DNA of 64,000 bases from an uncultured virus (IMG/VR IMGVR_UViG_3300008259_004750) (IMGVR_UViG_3300008259_004750:1-64000); one strand, 5' to 3'. Positions 30,657 through 41,120 are shown, numbered from the stretch's first letter. Made by a program: numbers and translations. Notes: generated by a model from the sequence alone, not told the origin.

Positions 30657-31004
30657 ATGGCAACAATATGTTACTCGTGGGACGACGCTCCTTTTAAATG
30701 GTTAGAAACTCCTTTCACTTGGGCTGAAGGTTGTGTAATTGAAAAACTTATTGTTGGAGGTGCTGGTGGTATGCAATCCATCAGACGATTTAGAGAAAGA
30801 GTAAAACAACTATCGGACGAGGATAAAAAAGTTCTTATAAATCTTTTTATAAGATTAGAGGTTGACGAAATTGTTTTTGAAAGAAGAGTTAATAAAAATA
30901 AAAACACTAAAGTTAAATTAAGATTAAAAGATATTGAAGTAACCAAAGGGATTCAAAAAAATATCAAAGTCAATGTAAATTTAAAAGATAAAGATATTTA
31001 TTAA
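30657..31004 (+). CDS. Hypothetical protein
   Basis: 115-aa ORF, TATTTATA just upstream. Confidence 0.7.
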   Translation: MATICYSWDDAPFKWLETPFTWAEGCVIEKLIVGGAGGMQSIRRFRERVKQLSDEDKKVLINLFIRLEVDEIVFERRVNKNKNTKVKLRLKDIEVTKGIQKNIKVNVNLKDKDIY

Positions 31005-31005
31005 T

Positions 31006-31470
31006 ATGATTTACAATTTATACACAGATAAACCTAATAAGTTCAATTGTAATATTGAAATTGAAGGAACTTCTTTATCTAAATCTAGAGTTAGATTAGT
31101 TGTTGAAACTGAAGATATGTCGTATATGTTTAACGGCAGAATAGAAAATAATGGTCTTTGTGAGGTTAATATTCCAAAAACCAAACATTTTTTACCTGAG
31201 GGTTCTCAAGGTCTAATGAGGCTTGAGGTTATTGCCGACGATGTATATTTTGAACCTTGGTCATCACAATTCAACGTTAAAACAAATAAAAAAGTAAATG
31301 TGGTAGTTTCTGAACAAGTGGAAGAAAAACCAAAGTTAAGAGTTCAAGTAATGGAACAACCACAAGAAGAACCAAAACCAAGAATTGTAGAGACCAAAAA
31401 ATCTCAACCAAATCCCCCAAAAAAGGTTGAGATTACAAAAGAACAATTACTCAGAAGATTGAGTCGATAA
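31006..31470 (+). CDS. Hypothetical protein
   Basis: 154-aa ORF followed by a terminator. Confidence 0.75.
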   Translation: MIYNLYTDKPNKFNCNIEIEGTSLSKSRVRLVVETEDMSYMFNGRIENNGLCEVNIPKTKHFLPEGSQGLMRLEVIADDVYFEPWSSQFNVKTNKKVNVVVSEQVEEKPKLRVQVMEQPQEEPKPRIVETKKSQPNPPKKVEITKEQLLRRLSR

Positions 31471-31472
31471 AT

Positions 31473-31502
31473 AAAAAACCCTCAAATGTGAGGGTTTTTT
31501 TT
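31473..31502. terminator. Bidirectional intrinsic terminator between convergent genes
   Basis: AAAAAACCCTCA-AATG-TGAGGGTTTTTTTT. Confidence 0.85.
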
Positions 31503-31517
31503 ATGCTAATATTTTTA

Positions 31518-34500
31518 TTAGATACCTGGACCGGTGGAACAATCTGATGGGAATAACGGACCAAAAGAATTACTCGGCTTTAACTCACATGTTGTCGTAC
31601 ATGAGAAATATATTCCAGTACCAGCTAATAAATCGTAATCTGTCACAAACAGTAACTGCGGATTATTGAATGGATACGCGCAAACACAGTTTGGTTGAGC
31701 GTAAACTCTAGTTGATGGGGTTTGATATAAATCAATTATACCCGTAGGATATCCTGTGGCATACTGTACTTGAGCTTGGTTAGCACCAGCACACCACCAA
31801 GCCTCCCAACATGGAAGTAATAATGCTGCCCCTGGGAATGATTTACAGGCGAATGTGGTACCATTAATTGGATTTATAATACTAATACCTGTAAATCCAC
31901 TAATATATTGAGCGGGAGATAAATTACATTCAGGGGTTTTTGTTGGGGTATTTGTTGGAGTCTTAGTAATAGTTTTAGTCGGTGTTTGAGTTCTTGTTAC
32001 GGTTGGTGTTTTAGTATTTGTTGGTGTTACGGTTGGTGTTTTAGTATTTGTTAATGTTACGGTTGGTGTTTTAGTATTTGTAGGTGTAATTGTTTTAGTA
32101 GGTGTTATTGTTTTAGTTACTGTGTTGGTTGGGGTGTTAGTTTGTGTTGGTGTTTGTGTTGGGGTAGAGCTTGAACATATACAACCCGGGTTACTTGTTA
32201 TAGTACCCGAAACACCAGTTGTTCTAACCACACTACTTGCACAACTAACAGTGTATGATTCAGTTCCTGTTAAAGACACAGAACCAGTACTACTATCACA
32301 ATATACAATTTCAAAAGTTTGTGGTTGAGATGAGCCTCCAGCGTATAGATACCAAGTTGTACAACAAACGCTTGTCTTAGTAGGTGTTGGGGTTTTAGTC
32401 TTAGTAGGCGTGATAGTAGGTGTTTTAGTTATTGTGTTTGAAGGTGTAATACTTACACTTATTGATGGTGTTTGTGTTTTAGTTGGAGTTTGTGTTTTAG
32501 TAATAGTAACACTTGGTGTTATTGAGTTTGTAGGGGTATATGTTGGTGTTGGGGTTTTGGTCGCCGCTATAGATTTTGTTAAAGTCTGAGTGATTGTATT
32601 AGTTGGAGTTAAAGTTTTTGTAGGCTCAATAGTCTTAGTTGGAGTTTTTGTCACCATTGGAGTTGAGGTCGTTGTTTTTGTTGGTGTTATAGTATTTGTT
32701 GGAGTTTTTGTCACCTCAACACTATTTGTTGGAGTTTTAGTCACAGTTGGGGTTGATGCCATTGATTTTGTAGGGGTTATGGTGTTTGTTGGAGTGTTTG
32801 TTGGTTCAATAGTCTTAGTTGGAGTTTTTGTTGGCGTTGGGGTTTTAGTACCTGTATTGGTTGGTGTTGGACTTTCCGGTGCTCTTTCTGGAATATTTGT
32901 TTTAGTTACAGTTGGGGTTATGGTATTTGTTGGGGTTAAAGTTGGGGTTTTGGTTGGAGTTTTAGTTTGAGTTTTTGTTGGTTCAGGAGTATTTGTTTGT
33001 GTTTTAGTTTGAGTTAATGTTACAGTATTTGTTGGGGTTTTAGTAATTGTTGGCGTTGGTGTGTTAGTTAATCCAATTGTTAATGTTGGTGTGTGACTAG
33101 ATGTATTTGTAACTGTAGTTGTGGGAGAAGGTAATGGTGTTTTGTCCGGCGTTTTTGTGGGGTCCAGTGTTCTTGTTACTGTTTTAGTTATCGTTACTGT
33201 TTGAGTTAAAGTTGGTGTTGAAGCCGGTGTTTTAGCAGGTGTCTTGGTTGGTGCAGGTGAGATTGCAATTGGTTCATAAGGAATGTAAGTAGGTGTTGGT
33301 GTGTTTGTTTGTGTTGGTGTTTTTGTTTGTGTTTTAGTTGGCTCAACTGTAGTTGTTTGAGTTGTCGTAGCCGTTGGTGTCTTGGTATTTGTTGGAGTAA
33401 CTGTCGGTGTTTTTGTTTGAGTATTTGTAGGTTCCGCGGTACTTGTTTGAGTTTTAGTAACTGTTGGTGTTTTAGTAACTGTTGGTGTGACTGTTGGTGT
33501 TATATCATTTGTTCTTGTTATAGTGTTAGTAATAGTTTGAGTTGGGGTTTGATTTGGGGTTTTAGTGTTAGTAGGAGTTTGAGTATTAGTCTGAGTATTA
33601 GTTTGAGTTACGGTAGATGTTATTGTCATTGTTGGGGTAGGGGTTGGAGTCGTAGGTATTACTACAAATTCAAAGTCGCTTGGTGTACAAGCAGATACCT
33701 TACAATCAGGACAATCAGGATTAAACATCCTAAACTGAGTTGACCTTAACTGAAAATTGTGTTTTACTTCCGGTGCTGATAGTGGCTCAACGTAAAATCT
33801 AAACTGTGATATACCACCCTCAAAGGTACCTGCAAAATTTTGTTCAAGTAATATATTTGTCGTTAACCCACTTAAAGTTGTACCTGTTAAATCTACAGTA
33901 GGTAAACATTCGGGGTCTTGTTGGTAGGGGCCTGTTTTTCCACTACAACTAATAAATGTTAGGTTTTCTCTCAGACCTTGTGTACCTCCACCCCACGACA
34001 TGTTAAAAGGAACGCCAATTTGTTTTTCTTTATCGGTATTTAAGGCTCTTGGAATTATCTCTTCAAAATCCTCAATCGTGTAGAATATTCTACCGTTTAT
34101 ATAAATTTTTAATCTACCTTTTCTATAATGTTCATCAATTAACCACTTTTCATTAAGTTGTACAATTTCAACTTCTAAATCTTCAGTTCCTCTTGTATAT
34201 GGTGGGGAAATTAACGCCACTGAATTATTTGCAAGTGACTGTAAAAGTTGTTTTTCAGTAATATCACCTAAACCGCCTCTATAATATAAATCACACACAT
34301 CTAACCAAGTGTATCTTTCCCAAACAAAGTCAACTTGGAACCAATGTTCTTCATCAAGATACGCCGGATTAATCGATTCACAATATGGATAAATTGGTGG
34401 TGAACAGTAATCGATAACCGTGTATCCTGTTGTGTATGAAACACCAGAATTAGAACAAGTTCCAGTTGTTTCACAACCACCGGTAAATCTTAAAACACGA

Positions 34501-37500
34501 ACCCCGATTTGAGGATTATTAGGTTCACCACATAATCTAAATGCTATATTATTTGATAACGCATCCCATTTTGGGTCGGACTCACATGTATTTTCAATAG
34601 AATACTCAACCTCAACGGTTTTTTCAAATTCAAACTCAGTAGATATTGAATACGAAAATACTTCCTCAGAATAAATAACAATATTAGTAAATTCACTAAC
34701 CCCGACATAATCTGAATATTCATCGTCAATAACAACTTTAGTTGACCCTGATATAGTACCCGCAGATATCGTTATACTCGAATTTATTGTGGTTATTTCA
34801 CCATTAAGTTTTGGTAAAAGATTTGTAAAAGTTATTATAGTGTTTGTTTGTTGGATAGAATCTGAGACTATTTTGAATTCGGCAATAAATGAACCTGAAG
34901 AATAATCGGCTAATAGATTAAAAGAAGAAGAATTTAATAATCCTAAATTTATACAACTTTGTATTTGTGAAAACCCTTCAGATACTATTGGTCCATTTGA
35001 ATATACTTGGGTTATGGTATTAGGGAAAGTTATTCTAAATGTACTTGGTGGAGTACTTTTTCTTTGTAGATATAATTCGTTATTATATACAAATAAATTA
35101 CCTGAATTAATTGTTGAATTTATTGAGGTTATATCTATTTCAGCTTCGGAACCTCCTGAAAAATTGTATTGAGTTAAATAAGTTTTTGACAAAACATTAT
35201 TTCTACTCAAAATTAAATATTTACCTCCCGTGGTGTATAACAAACTTCCGTTAGGTATTCTACCAGTTGGTAAACTAAATAAAATAGTTGTGGATGTTAT
35301 TGTGGATGAAGTTAAAGTAACTCTGATTAATTGATTAGAGTTATTAAAGGTTACAATTGTTTCATCGTCAATAGCAAAAATTGGACTAGTTGCCGCATTA
35401 CTAATACCCGAACTATAGGTGTAATTTGCAACATTAGTACCACTAAAAGTTGGAGAGTTTGAATAAGAGAATTTCCTTATAACACCTGAACCTCTTACAA
35501 ATATAAAGTTATTAGTTATTGCAATTGATTGTGATGAAGACAGTCTTGTTCCAATATTTAAATAAGTTATAGTATTACTTGAATAGTTGTACGTATATAT
35601 AAGCCCTGTTTGAGTATCTACCGCAACAATTGCACAAGAATCTATAGTGGTGTTAGGACATCCATTTACATCACAAGAACCTACAGAAACCGCAAACGAT
35701 GTTGATGCGGTATATAGATTACTAGAGACACAAGCCTGTAAAACACCACCAGCAACAATTGATTGTTGTATTGGTGGACTTATTAATTGACATGGCTGGT
35801 AGGTAACTGTAACTGAATTTGTACTTCCAGTATTAAAAAATCTAACACAATTACAATCTAAAAGTGACGGTATACTTGGTGTATTAGTTGGAGTTAAAGT
35901 TGTGGTTGGTGTTATAGTTTTGGTTATAGTAGTAGTCGGAGTTAAAGTCGTGGTTGGAGTATTAGTTAAGGTTATATTTGTTGTTGGTGTTTGAGATGGG
36001 GTAGTTATAGGTGTTGATGTCTTTGTGTTAGTTATTGTTGGGGTTATTGTTGTTGTAGGAGTTTGAGATAAACTTAAATTAGTTGTATTGGTTATTGTTG
36101 TTGTAGGAGTTGGCGTAACTTTTGTTAATGTTGGAGTTTTTGTTAATGTTCTAGTAGGAGTTGGGGTTTGTGTTGATGTTCTAGTAGGAGTTGGCGTAAC
36201 TTTTGTTAATGTTGGAGTTTTTGTTTGTGTTCTAGTAGGAGTTGGGGTAACTTTTGTTAATGTTGGAGTTTTTGTTAATGTTGGAGTTTTTGTTTGTGTT
36301 CTAGTAGGAGTTGGTGTAGGTGTTGGTGTTGTTAGAGTGCTAGTCGGTGTTGGAGTTACTGAAGTTTGTGTTTGTGTTATAGTTTGAGTTGGTGTAATTG
36401 ATATTGACGGGATAGAAAAATTATTTATTCTGAATACCTTAACCCATCCGTTGTTGCCGGGGGTTTGTATAGACAAATTAATTTGGTCAAACGGTATTGA
36501 GGATGTAACTAAGATTCTAACTTGTCCTCCATCTCCATTTGGAATACTGGCACACTGTAACCCACCTGAAATTTGATTTTGGGAATACTGTAACCCGCAA
36601 CATCCTCCACACAATGATGCCGTAGTTGTTCCGCTATTAGCACTAAACGTCAATATGTCAGCGTTTTGTAAATTACTGAATTCGAACGTAATACTTGATA
36701 GTTGAGTTGAGGAGCTCATCGTATAATTACCATACAACCCACCATTAGGTATTATTGAAGGTTGGGCGGCAACTGTAGTAATTGACGTGCAGTTAAATGA
36801 AACAAATGAAAATTGAGCACTTGGTGAATAGGTATTAGTTGATGTTCTAACAAAACTAACGTTATTTATAACCGTAGTAGACGTAAACGGAAGGGCAACG
36901 TCATAAATTTTAAGACATGGTGAGTTAGATGTTTGGGTTGGGGTTGGAGTTGGTTTTGTTGGTGTTGGTGTAGTATATGTAGGTGTAATAGTTTTAGTAG
37001 GAGTGTTTGTTGGTGTGGGTGTCTGTGTCACTATTGAACCTAAACAACTTAGTCCGTTAATATAATCAACCATTCTTCTCTGTGGTTGAGGTCCCAATAT
37101 AAACTGCATTGTATTCCCATACGACATAATGGTTGCACCTGATGAAATACATCCTTGTCCGGCGGGGTTCAATATACTAGTGGTACAATCACAGTTACTT
37201 CCAGTGCCTCCATCACAACAATCTAAACAACAATTACCATAAGTTGTAGTACTGGCACTTGTAAATGAACAATTCCAATTCGAAGCAAAAGTATGGTACG
37301 ATGTAAAATTATGTCCTATCTCATGAACCGCAGCTGCGACATTCCAACAATTATTGGAGTTATAATACGGGTTACTACCAAAATTGGTTACATAACCCTC
37401 AGGAGGTGGAGTTCCAGGAGTGGTACTTGTTAAACGCAATTGATGCGCCGCAAATGTCTTATTAGGGTTACACACACCACCAACGTACGCAATACTTTTT

Positions 37501-39464
37501 CTAGAACTACCGGTACTGGGCCAATTACCTGTTAATAACATTGCAATATCTCCATTAAAGGTGATATTATTATTAAGATAATAATCTCTATAGTTACTTA
37601 GAAAACAATTATTTGATGTTGTTGCAGTACATCCGCAACAATAACGGTACGGAGAAGCTCCACTTGTCCAAATCTTAAGCTCATTTAAAGTAACACTTAT
37701 TCCATCGGCCGCAAATACTGATGCGACTGAGTTAAACATTGATGTAACCCAACTAACTGTAGTACTTTCTGTACCGTAATATAAAAAAATATCATAGTCA
37801 CATTCCCAAAAACACTTAACATTTTTTGTAGCAACTGTGGTTACATATGAATTTAAATTATTAGGGTCTATATTTTCTAAAATTATGTTATCTAAATTAT
37901 TTGAAACTAAATCCCCAGCAGGAGAAAAATAACTTAGTACATCTTCTTGATTATCAACTACGGAACAGTCAAAGTTTATTGGTTCATAATTTTCTAAACA
38001 ATGGTGAGTATCTCCGCTAATATTGTTTACATCAATTTTCATAGTACCATCGGCAATCAAACCGCTAATACCATCTTTAGTAAAAATTATTGAGGCATTT
38101 GAATCCTGTTTACCCTCGATAATACCGTCATAGTATTCTCCTAACTCAACATCTAAAATTTCTCCAAATTCATTGGTAACTCTAAAAGAATCCGATAATA
38201 TCTTCTTTCTAACTAAATTTAATTTAACACTATAATCTTTAACGGGTAACTCGACACTCAATTTTTTAGGTTTATCCGTTAATACGGATTCTAAAAATTT
38301 TTTATTAGTTTCAAAAACAGAGTTACCGTGAATTTTACTAATTAATTGTACTTCCTCTAAAATAACTAAATCAGTTGTATTACCAGTACTACAAGTGTGT
38401 TTCTTACATTCCCAACCACATGTTTGACAAGTATCTACGCAAGTATCACATATTGATGTTGGTTGACAACCACAATTAATTTGTTTTGATAATACACCAC
38501 CGCAAATATCACAACCATAATTAACATGAGGGTCATGAATATCGTTTTCTGACCTTGGAGGATAAACATATATACATCTTCCATTTGTAAAATTATTTCC
38601 ACAACAAGAACAAGTTTCAATACATGTTAACTCAGAAGTCACCCTTGAGTATCCGGTGAATGTTGTTGGGCTTCCGTCCGCATGGTGATAAAATTTATTT
38701 TCAGCTCTAGCACCCAAATAAAAAAATATGTTTTTATTATTAGGGTATATTTGATTTAAAGTAGTCTCTCCTGAATTGGGTGAATATTCATCAAACAATC
38801 TAGGTTTTAAAATCATCTCAACAGTCCAACCTTTATTTACTCTTTCAGGTAAAATGTCGTAATCATATCCAAATAATTTATAAAATCCTTGATAGAATCC
38901 ACCATATAGTTCATGATAATAACCCGCGTAATCATCCCTTTTAGTTACTACTTCATATAGAACTTTCTCATTAAATCCTGAAAATCTAAAGTTTGGTAAA
39001 TCAGTATTTGATTTAACCTGAAACATTTTAAATCTTCTATCAAAATGATTTCTACTAAATTTAATACTTGAATTAAAAATACCATTGGTAAAATAAATTG
39101 TTTGGTCGGTCATACCGGTCACCAAACCGTTATCAATACCCGTCAAACCAATATCACAGGTTGAACCTGATAATATACAATTTAAATCCTCATCTTCAGG
39201 ATTATAATAATTTTGAGAAACAAAAATATTATATGGGTTATATACTCCATAATATAAGGTAATATCTTGTACAGTATTGGTATCATTTATATCAATATAA
39301 ATTGGTAACTTATTACCATAAGTTTGAGCAATTAGATAAGGAGAGAATACTACCTCTTGATTAAACCCCGTTTCATCGGAAGTTAAAGAGATATCTGTAA
39401 AATCCAAAGTGAATTTAGGGTACAGATTTGGATATACGTATTGATTAATATTCTGCCTCGCCAT
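31518..39464 (-). CDS. Giant modular putative virion protein: split LamG/ConA-like scaffold, reprolysin (M12B)-like zinc metalloprotease, propeller-like domain, six-Cys modules, long Pro/Thr tracts
   Basis: 2648 aa; HEIGHNFTSYH (37293-37325) and Met-turn TIMSY; GWTVEMILKPR ... LKIYING ... FEGGISQFRFYVEPLS; about 500 aa of TPT repeats near the C-terminus. Confidence 0.75.
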   Translation of the reverse strand: MARQNINQYVYPNLYPKFTLDFTDISLTSDETGFNQEVVFSPYLIAQTYGNKLPIYIDINDTNTVQDITLYYGVYNPYNIFVSQNYYNPEDEDLNCILSGSTCDIGLTGIDNGLVTGMTDQTIYFTNGIFNSSIKFSRNHFDRRFKMFQVKSNTDLPNFRFSGFNEKVLYEVVTKRDDYAGYYHELYGGFYQGFYKLFGYDYDILPERVNKGWTVEMILKPRLFDEYSPNSGETTLNQIYPNNKNIFFYLGARAENKFYHHADGSPTTFTGYSRVTSELTCIETCSCCGNNFTNGRCIYVYPPRSENDIHDPHVNYGCDICGGVLSKQINCGCQPTSICDTCVDTCQTCGWECKKHTCSTGNTTDLVILEEVQLISKIHGNSVFETNKKFLESVLTDKPKKLSVELPVKDYSVKLNLVRKKILSDSFRVTNEFGEILDVELGEYYDGIIEGKQDSNASIIFTKDGISGLIADGTMKIDVNNISGDTHHCLENYEPINFDCSVVDNQEDVLSYFSPAGDLVSNNLDNIILENIDPNNLNSYVTTVATKNVKCFWECDYDIFLYYGTESTTVSWVTSMFNSVASVFAADGISVTLNELKIWTSGASPYRYCCGCTATTSNNCFLSNYRDYYLNNNITFNGDIAMLLTGNWPSTGSSRKSIAYVGGVCNPNKTFAAHQLRLTSTTPGTPPPEGYVTNFGSNPYYNSNNCWNVAAAVHEIGHNFTSYHTFASNWNCSFTSASTTTYGNCCLDCCDGGTGSNCDCTTSILNPAGQGCISSGATIMSYGNTMQFILGPQPQRRMVDYINGLSCLGSIVTQTPTPTNTPTKTITPTYTTPTPTKPTPTPTQTSNSPCLKIYDVALPFTSTTVINNVSFVRTSTNTYSPSAQFSFVSFNCTSITTVAAQPSIIPNGGLYGNYTMSSSTQLSSITFEFSNLQNADILTFSANSGTTTASLCGGCCGLQYSQNQISGGLQCASIPNGDGGQVRILVTSSIPFDQINLSIQTPGNNGWVKVFRINNFSIPSISITPTQTITQTQTSVTPTPTSTLTTPTPTPTPTRTQTKTPTLTKTPTLTKVTPTPTRTQTKTPTLTKVTPTPTRTSTQTPTPTRTLTKTPTLTKVTPTPTTTITNTTNLSLSQTPTTTITPTITNTKTSTPITTPSQTPTTNITLTNTPTTTLTPTTTITKTITPTTTLTPTNTPSIPSLLDCNCVRFFNTGSTNSVTVTYQPCQLISPPIQQSIVAGGVLQACVSSNLYTASTSFAVSVGSCDVNGCPNTTIDSCAIVAVDTQTGLIYTYNYSSNTITYLNIGTRLSSSQSIAITNNFIFVRGSGVIRKFSYSNSPTFSGTNVANYTYSSGISNAATSPIFAIDDETIVTFNNSNQLIRVTLTSSTITSTTILFSLPTGRIPNGSLLYTTGGKYLILSRNNVLSKTYLTQYNFSGGSEAEIDITSINSTINSGNLFVYNNELYLQRKSTPPSTFRITFPNTITQVYSNGPIVSEGFSQIQSCINLGLLNSSSFNLLADYSSGSFIAEFKIVSDSIQQTNTIITFTNLLPKLNGEITTINSSITISAGTISGSTKVVIDDEYSDYVGVSEFTNIVIYSEEVFSYSISTEFEFEKTVEVEYSIENTCESDPKWDALSNNIAFRLCGEPNNPQIGVRVLRFTGGCETTGTCSNSGVSYTTGYTVIDYCSPPIYPYCESINPAYLDEEHWFQVDFVWERYTWLDVCDLYYRGGLGDITEKQLLQSLANNSVALISPPYTRGTEDLEVEIVQLNEKWLIDEHYRKGRLKIYINGRIFYTIEDFEEIIPRALNTDKEKQIGVPFNMSWGGGTQGLRENLTFISCSGKTGPYQQDPECLPTVDLTGTTLSGLTTNILLEQNFAGTFEGGISQFRFYVEPLSAPEVKHNFQLRSTQFRMFNPDCPDCKVSACTPSDFEFVVIPTTPTPTPTMTITSTVTQTNTQTNTQTPTNTKTPNQTPTQTITNTITRTNDITPTVTPTVTKTPTVTKTQTSTAEPTNTQTKTPTVTPTNTKTPTATTTQTTTVEPTKTQTKTPTQTNTPTPTYIPYEPIAISPAPTKTPAKTPASTPTLTQTVTITKTVTRTLDPTKTPDKTPLPSPTTTVTNTSSHTPTLTIGLTNTPTPTITKTPTNTVTLTQTKTQTNTPEPTKTQTKTPTKTPTLTPTNTITPTVTKTNIPERAPESPTPTNTGTKTPTPTKTPTKTIEPTNTPTNTITPTKSMASTPTVTKTPTNSVEVTKTPTNTITPTKTTTSTPMVTKTPTKTIEPTKTLTPTNTITQTLTKSIAATKTPTPTYTPTNSITPSVTITKTQTPTKTQTPSISVSITPSNTITKTPTITPTKTKTPTPTKTSVCCTTWYLYAGGSSQPQTFEIVYCDSSTGSVSLTGTESYTVSCASSVVRTTGVSGTITSNPGCICSSSTPTQTPTQTNTPTNTVTKTITPTKTITPTNTKTPTVTLTNTKTPTVTPTNTKTPTVTRTQTPTKTITKTPTNTPTKTPECNLSPAQYISGFTGISIINPINGTTFACKSFPGAALLLPCWEAWWCAGANQAQVQYATGYPTGIIDLYQTPSTRVYAQPNCVCAYPFNNPQLLFVTDYDLLAGTGIYFSCTTTCELKPSNSFGPLFPSDCSTGPGI

Positions 39465-39472
39465 ACTTTTTC

Positions 39473-39503
39473 AAATAAATACCTTGTTTCAAAGTATTTA
39501 TTT
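39473..39503. promoter_or_regulatory. Back-to-back TATTTAT motifs (10-bp inverted repeat) at a divergent junction
   Basis: AAATAAATAC-cttgtttcaaa-GTATTTATTT between ATG 39464 (-) and ATG 39514 (+). Confidence 0.65.
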
Positions 39504-39513
39504 AATAAAAACT

Positions 39514-40359
39514 ATGATAAGTTATAACAAAGAATACTTTAAGAACAATATGTATTTCTTCTTGAAAGATAGGGGAGATAAAATTTCTTTGTACTATTCA
39601 ATTGCAGATAATTTAGTGGAATCTAGAAAAAAAGATGAAAAAAAAGATTTCAATAAAAAAGACGAAAAAAAATTAAAATCAATTATCCATAAATTTTTAA
39701 ATTCACCTAAAAAAGTATCTAAAAAAGAAATAGATAAAGAACTTAATGATGTTGAAAACGATGGAGAAATGAATGAACTTATCGATATTGATGGTACGTT
39801 CCTGAATTCAAAAGTACCTTTTTTAGATATGAAACAACACCCTAGAAAAACTATGGACCAAACAGTTTCTATGTCAAGAGTAACTAATGACCCAGTAACT
39901 AGAGGTTATCGTGTTTATTGGGGTGAGGGTGAGGAAAAGGATGATAACGTTGTTAGTGAGGTTGACTACTCAGACGCATTTGGATATGAAGAAACAAAGG
40001 ATAAAGATTATAAGGACACTGTTAAAATATTGAAAAAAATGGGTTCTGATAATGCCGAGGAAAGAGCAGTTGAGATGGGTAAGAGCCCTAAACTAGATAA
40101 GAAGAGAAAGAAAGGCGCTTTTGTTAGACAAAGATTATCAGAAAAAGATACAATTGAAGAAGAACAGAAAAAAGCTATGATGAAGATGGTTGAGGATATA
40201 TTGGCCAAAAAATCAAAGGACTCTTCCGATGTCGTTAGTAAAAACGAAACACCTATTAGTAAAATCTTAATGAAAAATTTACAGTCAATTAAAAAATTGG
40301 CGGAGCGTGAAGGAATTAATATAAATCAACTTATTAAAGCTCTTAAATCAAGTGAATAA
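39514..40359 (+). CDS. Hypothetical charged protein (putative head/internal protein)
   Basis: K/E-rich ORF; the in-frame ATG at 39514 is preferred over TTG 39484 because the motif lies between them. Confidence 0.7.
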   Translation: MISYNKEYFKNNMYFFLKDRGDKISLYYSIADNLVESRKKDEKKDFNKKDEKKLKSIIHKFLNSPKKVSKKEIDKELNDVENDGEMNELIDIDGTFLNSKVPFLDMKQHPRKTMDQTVSMSRVTNDPVTRGYRVYWGEGEEKDDNVVSEVDYSDAFGYEETKDKDYKDTVKILKKMGSDNAEERAVEMGKSPKLDKKRKKGAFVRQRLSEKDTIEEEQKKAMMKMVEDILAKKSKDSSDVVSKNETPISKILMKNLQSIKKLAEREGININQLIKALKSSE

Positions 40360-40822
40360 AGACCTATACGGAAAAAAAGTACCATTACCAGAGGATGTCC
40401 TAATTTATCTAGGTCAATGTCACGACGCTGCGGTTGGGGCTGACGACTCAACCGAAGGGTATAAAAGAAATAAGGAATTAAGAGATAGTGGAGAAGTAAC
40501 CTACCAACAATTAAAAAGAATGAAAAATTTCTTCGATAGTTTTAATGGTCATGAGAACGATTTACCATTTATTTTAAATGGTGGTCACTATGTTAAAGGT
40601 TGGGTCGATAAAACACTGGGTTCGATGAGAGACGGAGTTGATTTGGGTAAAGAAGTAAAATCTGAAGTTTTACCTAATCAATACATTGCTCCTCACGAAA
40701 AAGAAGGTCTAAAAAATATAAATAGGCCAAGTAAAAGTCATAGTACGAACGCAGACCAATATAATTTGGAAATAACCGAGAATTTAAAAAGAATAAATGA
40801 TTTAATTAAAAAAATAATATAA
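40352..40822 (+). CDS. Hypothetical protein (putative head-associated)
   Basis: GTG start overlapping the previous stop; QLKRMKNFF...LNGG...W; C-terminal ITENLKRINDLIK. Confidence 0.65.
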   Translation: MNKDLYGKKVPLPEDVLIYLGQCHDAAVGADDSTEGYKRNKELRDSGEVTYQQLKRMKNFFDSFNGHENDLPFILNGGHYVKGWVDKTLGSMRDGVDLGKEVKSEVLPNQYIAPHEKEGLKNINRPSKSHSTNADQYNLEITENLKRINDLIKKII

Positions 40823-40823
40823 C

Positions 40824-41120
40824 ATGGCACAGAGAGAACCTTTAAATTTTGAGCAACCGAATAATGAGTTGTCACAAATTGCCGAAATGGAAAGAAGAAA
40901 ACTTCTACCTAAAAACGATTTTATTAAAGACGCTAATGAATATTCATCAGTTAATAAAGATGCAATTGCCGATGGTGACTCCTATGGTAAAGGAACTGGA
41001 ATATTTTTAGATGTCTATAATCAACAAGCGGGGGCTATTCAAGATATCTTAGAAAGAAAGGCTGAGATAGTTATTAACGAATATAAAGCCAATAATCCTT
41101 ACACAACACCTAGTGCATAA
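40824..41120 (+). CDS. Hypothetical protein
   Basis: 98 aa, tightly coupled to neighbours. Confidence 0.7.
   Translation: MAQREPLNFEQPNNELSQIAEMERRKLLPKNDFIKDANEYSSVNKDAIADGDSYGKGTGIFLDVYNQQAGAIQDILERKAEIVINEYKANNPYTTPSA

Noticed and set aside
31980..33660. Repeats of 18-30 bp that might resemble a CRISPR array (also 2780-2850 and 36100-36310)
   Set aside because: In-frame degenerate coding repeats without unique spacers; no cas genes seen
32122..36387. Val/Gly- and Cys/Trp-rich plus-strand ORFs opposite the giant gene
   Set aside because: Antisense shadows of TPT repeats; no independent coding signal
34600..38390. Intein or intron as the identity of the insert in the giant protein
   Set aside because: No intein splice-junction or homing-endonuclease motifs seen; the insert is an in-frame protease plus linkers
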